Assembly: GCA_045598465.1 (NCBI GenBank)
Contig: JAZLMD010000141.1
Coordinates: forward strand, 1 to 28,457
Direction: 5' to 3'
DNA from: Acidaminococcaceae bacterium
GTDB lineage: Bacteria; Bacillota; Negativicutes; Acidaminococcales; Acidaminococcaceae
Length of the DNA: 28,457 nt
The notes under the pieces are model-generated. The model had not been told where the DNA came from. It made no database searches and worked only from the letters and a program-made list of their open reading frames with translations. Positions 25,165-28,457 of the stretch are shown here, piece by piece. Position numbers and translations under genes: made by a program. Position 1 is the stretch's first letter; every line of letters starts with the position of its first letter.

Positions 25165-26958
25165 ATGGATACCGCTTTTATCCCGACTACGCCTGAAGAG
25201 ATAATAGCAAGAGGATGGGGGAGCATTGATTTTTTATTTGTTAGCGGTGATGCTTATGTGGATCATCCGTCTTTTGCTCCTGCCATTATTTGTAGAATAT
25301 TGGAAGCACGGGGATATAAGGTTGCTATTTTGTCCCAGCCGAATTGGCACAGAATTGAGAATTTTGCGGTTTTAGGCAGGCCGAATTATGGGGTTTTGAT
25401 TTGTGGCGGCAATTTGGATTCTATGCTTTGCCATTATACTGCGGCCAAGAAACCTCGCAAAGATGACAAATATACTCCGGGTGGGGTTATGGGCAGGCGT
25501 CCCGATCATGCAACGGTGGTATATGCCCAAGCCATCAGAAAATTGTGGCCCGATATACCGGTGGTTATAGGTGGTATAGAGGCCAGTTTGAGACGTCTGG
25601 TGCATTACGATTATTGGGAAAACAAATTACTTCCTTCCATTTTGGAGGATAGTGGTGCGGATTTGCTGGTCTATGGCATGGGCGAGAAGCAAGTTATGGA
25701 GGTTGCTGATTACCTGGCCGGTGGAGCGGACATGGAGGATATGCACTATATTCCCGGTACGGCTTATGCCGTTGACAAGGGAAGATACGTGGCGATAGAT
25801 GGTGCTGTTGTACTTCCGTCCTATGATGAGATTGTCAAAGATAAGGTATTGTTTGCTAAGGCCTTCAGGGAACATTATGGTGAGTTGGATCCTTTTCGCA
25901 GTAAGGTTGTGGTGCAAAGGGGAATCAAAAAAGTAGTTGTGCAAAATCCTCCGGCTATGCCGCTGACTACAGCAGAGATGGATTGGGTTTATGATTTGCC
26001 TTATTGCCGTTCCTGCCACCCTTCTTATGATGCTTTGGGCGGAGTTAAGGCATTGGAAGAAGTGCAGTTCAGTATTATCAGCAGCAGGGGTTGCTTTGGC
26101 AGTTGTTCCTTCTGTGCCATTCATGCCCATCAGGGGAGGATTATCCAAAACCGCAGTCACGCTTCCATCTTGCGTGAGGCAAAATTATTGACAACAATGC
26201 CCGGATTTAAGGGGTATATTCATGATGTGGGGGGACCTACCGCCAATTTCCGGCATCCTGCTTGCGCCAAGCAGTTGATGGTGGGCACCTGTAGGGACAG
26301 GCAGTGCTTGTTTCCCGCTCCATGCCCTAATTTGAATGCGGATCACAGCGATTATTTGCAATTGCTCAGGGAAATACGTGCAATTCCAGGAATCAAGAAA
26401 GTGTTTATTCGTAGTGGCATCCGTTATGATTATCTTTTGCAGGATAAGGGCGGTGCTTTTTTGTGGGAACTTTGCAAGTATCATGTCAGCGGGCAGTTGA
26501 AAATAGCTCCGGAGCATGTTTCCGATAGGGTGCTGAAGCATATGGGGAAACCCGGGAAAAATGTTTATCTGGAGTTTATGCGGAAATTTGCCGATACTAA
26601 CAGGCGGCTGGGACTGCCCCAATATTTGGTACCTTACTTTATTAGCAGTCATCCGGGATGTAAACTCCGGGATGCGATTGAGTTGGCGGAGTTTTTGCGG
26701 GACATTGGGCATCAGCCCCAACAGGTCCAGGATTTTATACCAACCCCGGGCAGCGCTTCCACAGCCATGTATTACAGCGGTGTGGATTTGGAGACATTGA
26801 GGCCGGTTTATGTTGCCCGTTCATCACACGACAAGGCCATGCAACGGGCACTGATGCAATATAGAAATCCCCGTAATTATGCACTGGTGGTGCAGGCATT
26901 AAGACAGGCGGGAAGGATGGATTTGATAGGTAAAGGACGCAGGTGTCTTGTCAAATAA
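25165..26958 (+). CDS. YgiQ-family (UPF0313) radical SAM protein
   Basis: GDAYVDHPSF, GNLDSM, GGIEASLRR, RGCFGSCSFC (CxxxCxxC), DVGGPTAN, SGIRYD and QVQDFIPTP. Confidence 0.92.
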   Translation: MDTAFIPTTPEEIIARGWGSIDFLFVSGDAYVDHPSFAPAIICRILEARGYKVAILSQPNWHRIENFAVLGRPNYGVLICGGNLDSMLCHYTAAKKPRKDDKYTPGGVMGRRPDHATVVYAQAIRKLWPDIPVVIGGIEASLRRLVHYDYWENKLLPSILEDSGADLLVYGMGEKQVMEVADYLAGGADMEDMHYIPGTAYAVDKGRYVAIDGAVVLPSYDEIVKDKVLFAKAFREHYGELDPFRSKVVVQRGIKKVVVQNPPAMPLTTAEMDWVYDLPYCRSCHPSYDALGGVKALEEVQFSIISSRGCFGSCSFCAIHAHQGRIIQNRSHASILREAKLLTTMPGFKGYIHDVGGPTANFRHPACAKQLMVGTCRDRQCLFPAPCPNLNADHSDYLQLLREIRAIPGIKKVFIRSGIRYDYLLQDKGGAFLWELCKYHVSGQLKIAPEHVSDRVLKHMGKPGKNVYLEFMRKFADTNRRLGLPQYLVPYFISSHPGCKLRDAIELAEFLRDIGHQPQQVQDFIPTPGSASTAMYYSGVDLETLRPVYVARSSHDKAMQRALMQYRNPRNYALVVQALRQAGRMDLIGKGRRCLVK

Positions 26959-26959
26959 A

Positions 26960-27952
26960 ATGAAGAAAATTTTAGTATTGTTGATGATTGTTTTGGCATT
27001 ACTTGTTTCAGGTTGTCAGCAGAATTTTACTCAATTGACTGAATCACATCGGGAATTGGTTATTTATTCTGACTTGAATTCTGGTTTCATTCAAGCTCTG
27101 ACGGATGGTTTCAGCAAGGAACGGAACATTGGTTTGAGAATCATGAATTTGGATCAGTTGGATGGTTCAAAACAACATGCGGACGTTGTTCTCACCAGTC
27201 ATATTGTTCTTAACCAGTTGGCCATGGCGGGTTCCTTTGAAGTATTGAATTTGCCTGCTTTGGATTATATCTGTAGTGATTACAAAGACAGCAAAGATTA
27301 CTGGGCCGGGTTGCTTTATGATTCCCTGACTATAGTTGTCAATAAGGAGTTTTCCAGAAAATACGGGCAGGGTAATATTTCAGGGTGGCAGGATTTGGTG
27401 AAATTGTCAAACTGTCGGGTTGTGGTGGAACATTTTGACAACTCCGATTTGCAGAGGCAAATTTTGGCTGCCTTTGCTTCCAAGATGGGAAAGAAGAGGG
27501 TTATTGACTACTTCGCATCTTTGGAGGAAAAGGTTGTACATCATTCAAAATTTTCTTTCACACCCTTGAGAATGCTGTCGGCCGGTGATGCGGATATTGC
27601 CATCACATTGAAAAGTTATGCTTATGAGTTTGCCGAGGATGATTTCCCGGCTTATTTGGTGGAACCTAAAGAAGGTACTCCTGCCGTAATCTATGGAGTG
27701 GCAATATATAAAGGTTCAGATTCATTGGATGAGGCAAAGAGCTTTGTCCAGTGGCTTTTGAGTTCCCCCAGTGTGCGTAAAATTTCCTTAAAAGAGGAAA
27801 CCGGGCTTAATTTTATTATGCCGAAGGGGATACCGGGCCCGTTTATCAATTCTAAAAATCTTTGGTTCAACACCAAATTTCTTGAACAAAAGATTTTGAG
27901 TGATTTGGTTAATGAATGGTATGAGAAAGTCAGATTTAAGGGATTGTTTTGA
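26960..27952 (+). CDS. ABC transporter substrate-binding lipoprotein (Fe3+/thiamine-like class II fold), ligand unknown
   Basis: Lipobox LVSGC. Segments LVIYSD, IVVN, SGWQDL, GDADIAI, PKEGT and EAKSFVQWLLS. The start could instead be TTG 26948. Confidence 0.75.
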   Translation: MKKILVLLMIVLALLVSGCQQNFTQLTESHRELVIYSDLNSGFIQALTDGFSKERNIGLRIMNLDQLDGSKQHADVVLTSHIVLNQLAMAGSFEVLNLPALDYICSDYKDSKDYWAGLLYDSLTIVVNKEFSRKYGQGNISGWQDLVKLSNCRVVVEHFDNSDLQRQILAAFASKMGKKRVIDYFASLEEKVVHHSKFSFTPLRMLSAGDADIAITLKSYAYEFAEDDFPAYLVEPKEGTPAVIYGVAIYKGSDSLDEAKSFVQWLLSSPSVRKISLKEETGLNFIMPKGIPGPFINSKNLWFNTKFLEQKILSDLVNEWYEKVRFKGLF

Positions 27953-27954
27953 GA

Positions 27955-28457
27955 ATGAAGATTAGTCTTATCAGTTTGGGATGCCCGAAAAATTTGGTTG
28001 ATTCCGAGGTTATCCTCGGTTTGTTGAAAGAAAATAGCTTTGATATCATAGAGGATGCCGCTCAGGCGGAAATTATTATTGTCAATACCTGTGGCTTTAT
28101 TGAGAGTGCAAAAGAAGAGTCCGTTAGAGTTATTCTTGAGACGGCCGAACTTAAGAAAACAGGAGTGTTGAGGTATCTGGTGGTGGCCGGTTGTTTGGCG
28201 CAGCGTTACAGTGAGGATTTGTTCCGTGATTTGCCGGAGGTTGATGGTATTATCGGTACGGATTGTTTTACGGATATCATACCCTTTCTTCAGGAAGTTA
28301 TTGCGGGAAAGCGTTTGATTCATTTGCAACGTGAATTACCCTTGCCAACGGGGAGTAAGCGTGTTCTGACCACTCCCGGACATTATGCTTATCTGAAGAT
28401 TGCGGAGGGATGTTCCAATTGTTGTTCTTTTTGCTCCATACCTCTGATCAGGGGACC
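27955..28457 (+). CDS. rimO: ribosomal protein S12 methylthiotransferase, 3'-truncated by the window edge (not in the ORF track)
   Basis: Manual translation from ATG 27955 gives MKISLISLGCPKNLVDSE...VNTCGFIESAKEES...GCLAQRY...AYLKIAEGCSNCCSFCSIP. Confidence 0.93.
   Translation, partial: MKISLISLGCPKNLVDSEVILGLLKENSFDIIEDAAQAEIIIVNTCGFIESAKEESVRVILETAELKKTGVLRYLVVAGCLAQRYSEDLFRDLPEVDGIIGTDCFTDIIPFLQEVIAGKRLIHLQRELPLPTGSKRVLTTPGHYAYLKIAEGCSNCCSFCSIPLIRG

Noticed and set aside
7421-27372. GGGCAGGG (KOPS-like) octamers at about 7421, 14606 and 27365 on the + strand
   Set aside because: They are consistent with the G-rich leading strand. I could not count both strands rigorously, and the motif used by this FtsK is unknown.
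27691-28329. 212-aa minus-strand ORF at the window end
   Set aside because: It is a shadow of the binding-protein gene and of rimO, which reads clearly on the + strand from 27955.

Overview
Chromosomal window from a Firmicute. A DAP-type MurE plus an OstA/LptA-like exported protein suggest a diderm Negativicute, which is inference. All genes lie on the + strand. (1) 1-10300: a trimmed division/cell-wall cluster, murE(partial)-murF-mraY-murD-[murG::murC fused in one ORF]-ddl-ftsQ-ftsZ-nrdR. It lacks spoVE/ftsW, murB, ftsA and spoIIGA/sigE/sigG, and its FtsZ has non-canonical T4 and T7 GTPase loops. (2) 10365-13063: tRNA-Ile2(CAT) directly followed by a tandem glycine riboswitch and an alanine/glycine:cation symporter, then tRNA-Pro, tRNA-Gly, an LptA/OstA-like gene and tRNA-Arg. 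(3) 13115-end: an apparently uninterrupted gene run, M16C peptidase - ZorA-like motor subunit with a very long 22-aa-repeat tail - ZorB/MotB-like OmpA protein - RNase J - FtsK - RodZ - YgiQ radical SAM - orphan ABC substrate-binding lipoprotein - rimO (partial, missed by the ORF track). The strongest candidate for an undescribed system is the effector-less ZorAB-like motor pair embedded in this housekeeping run. No integrase, transposase or CRISPR array was seen.
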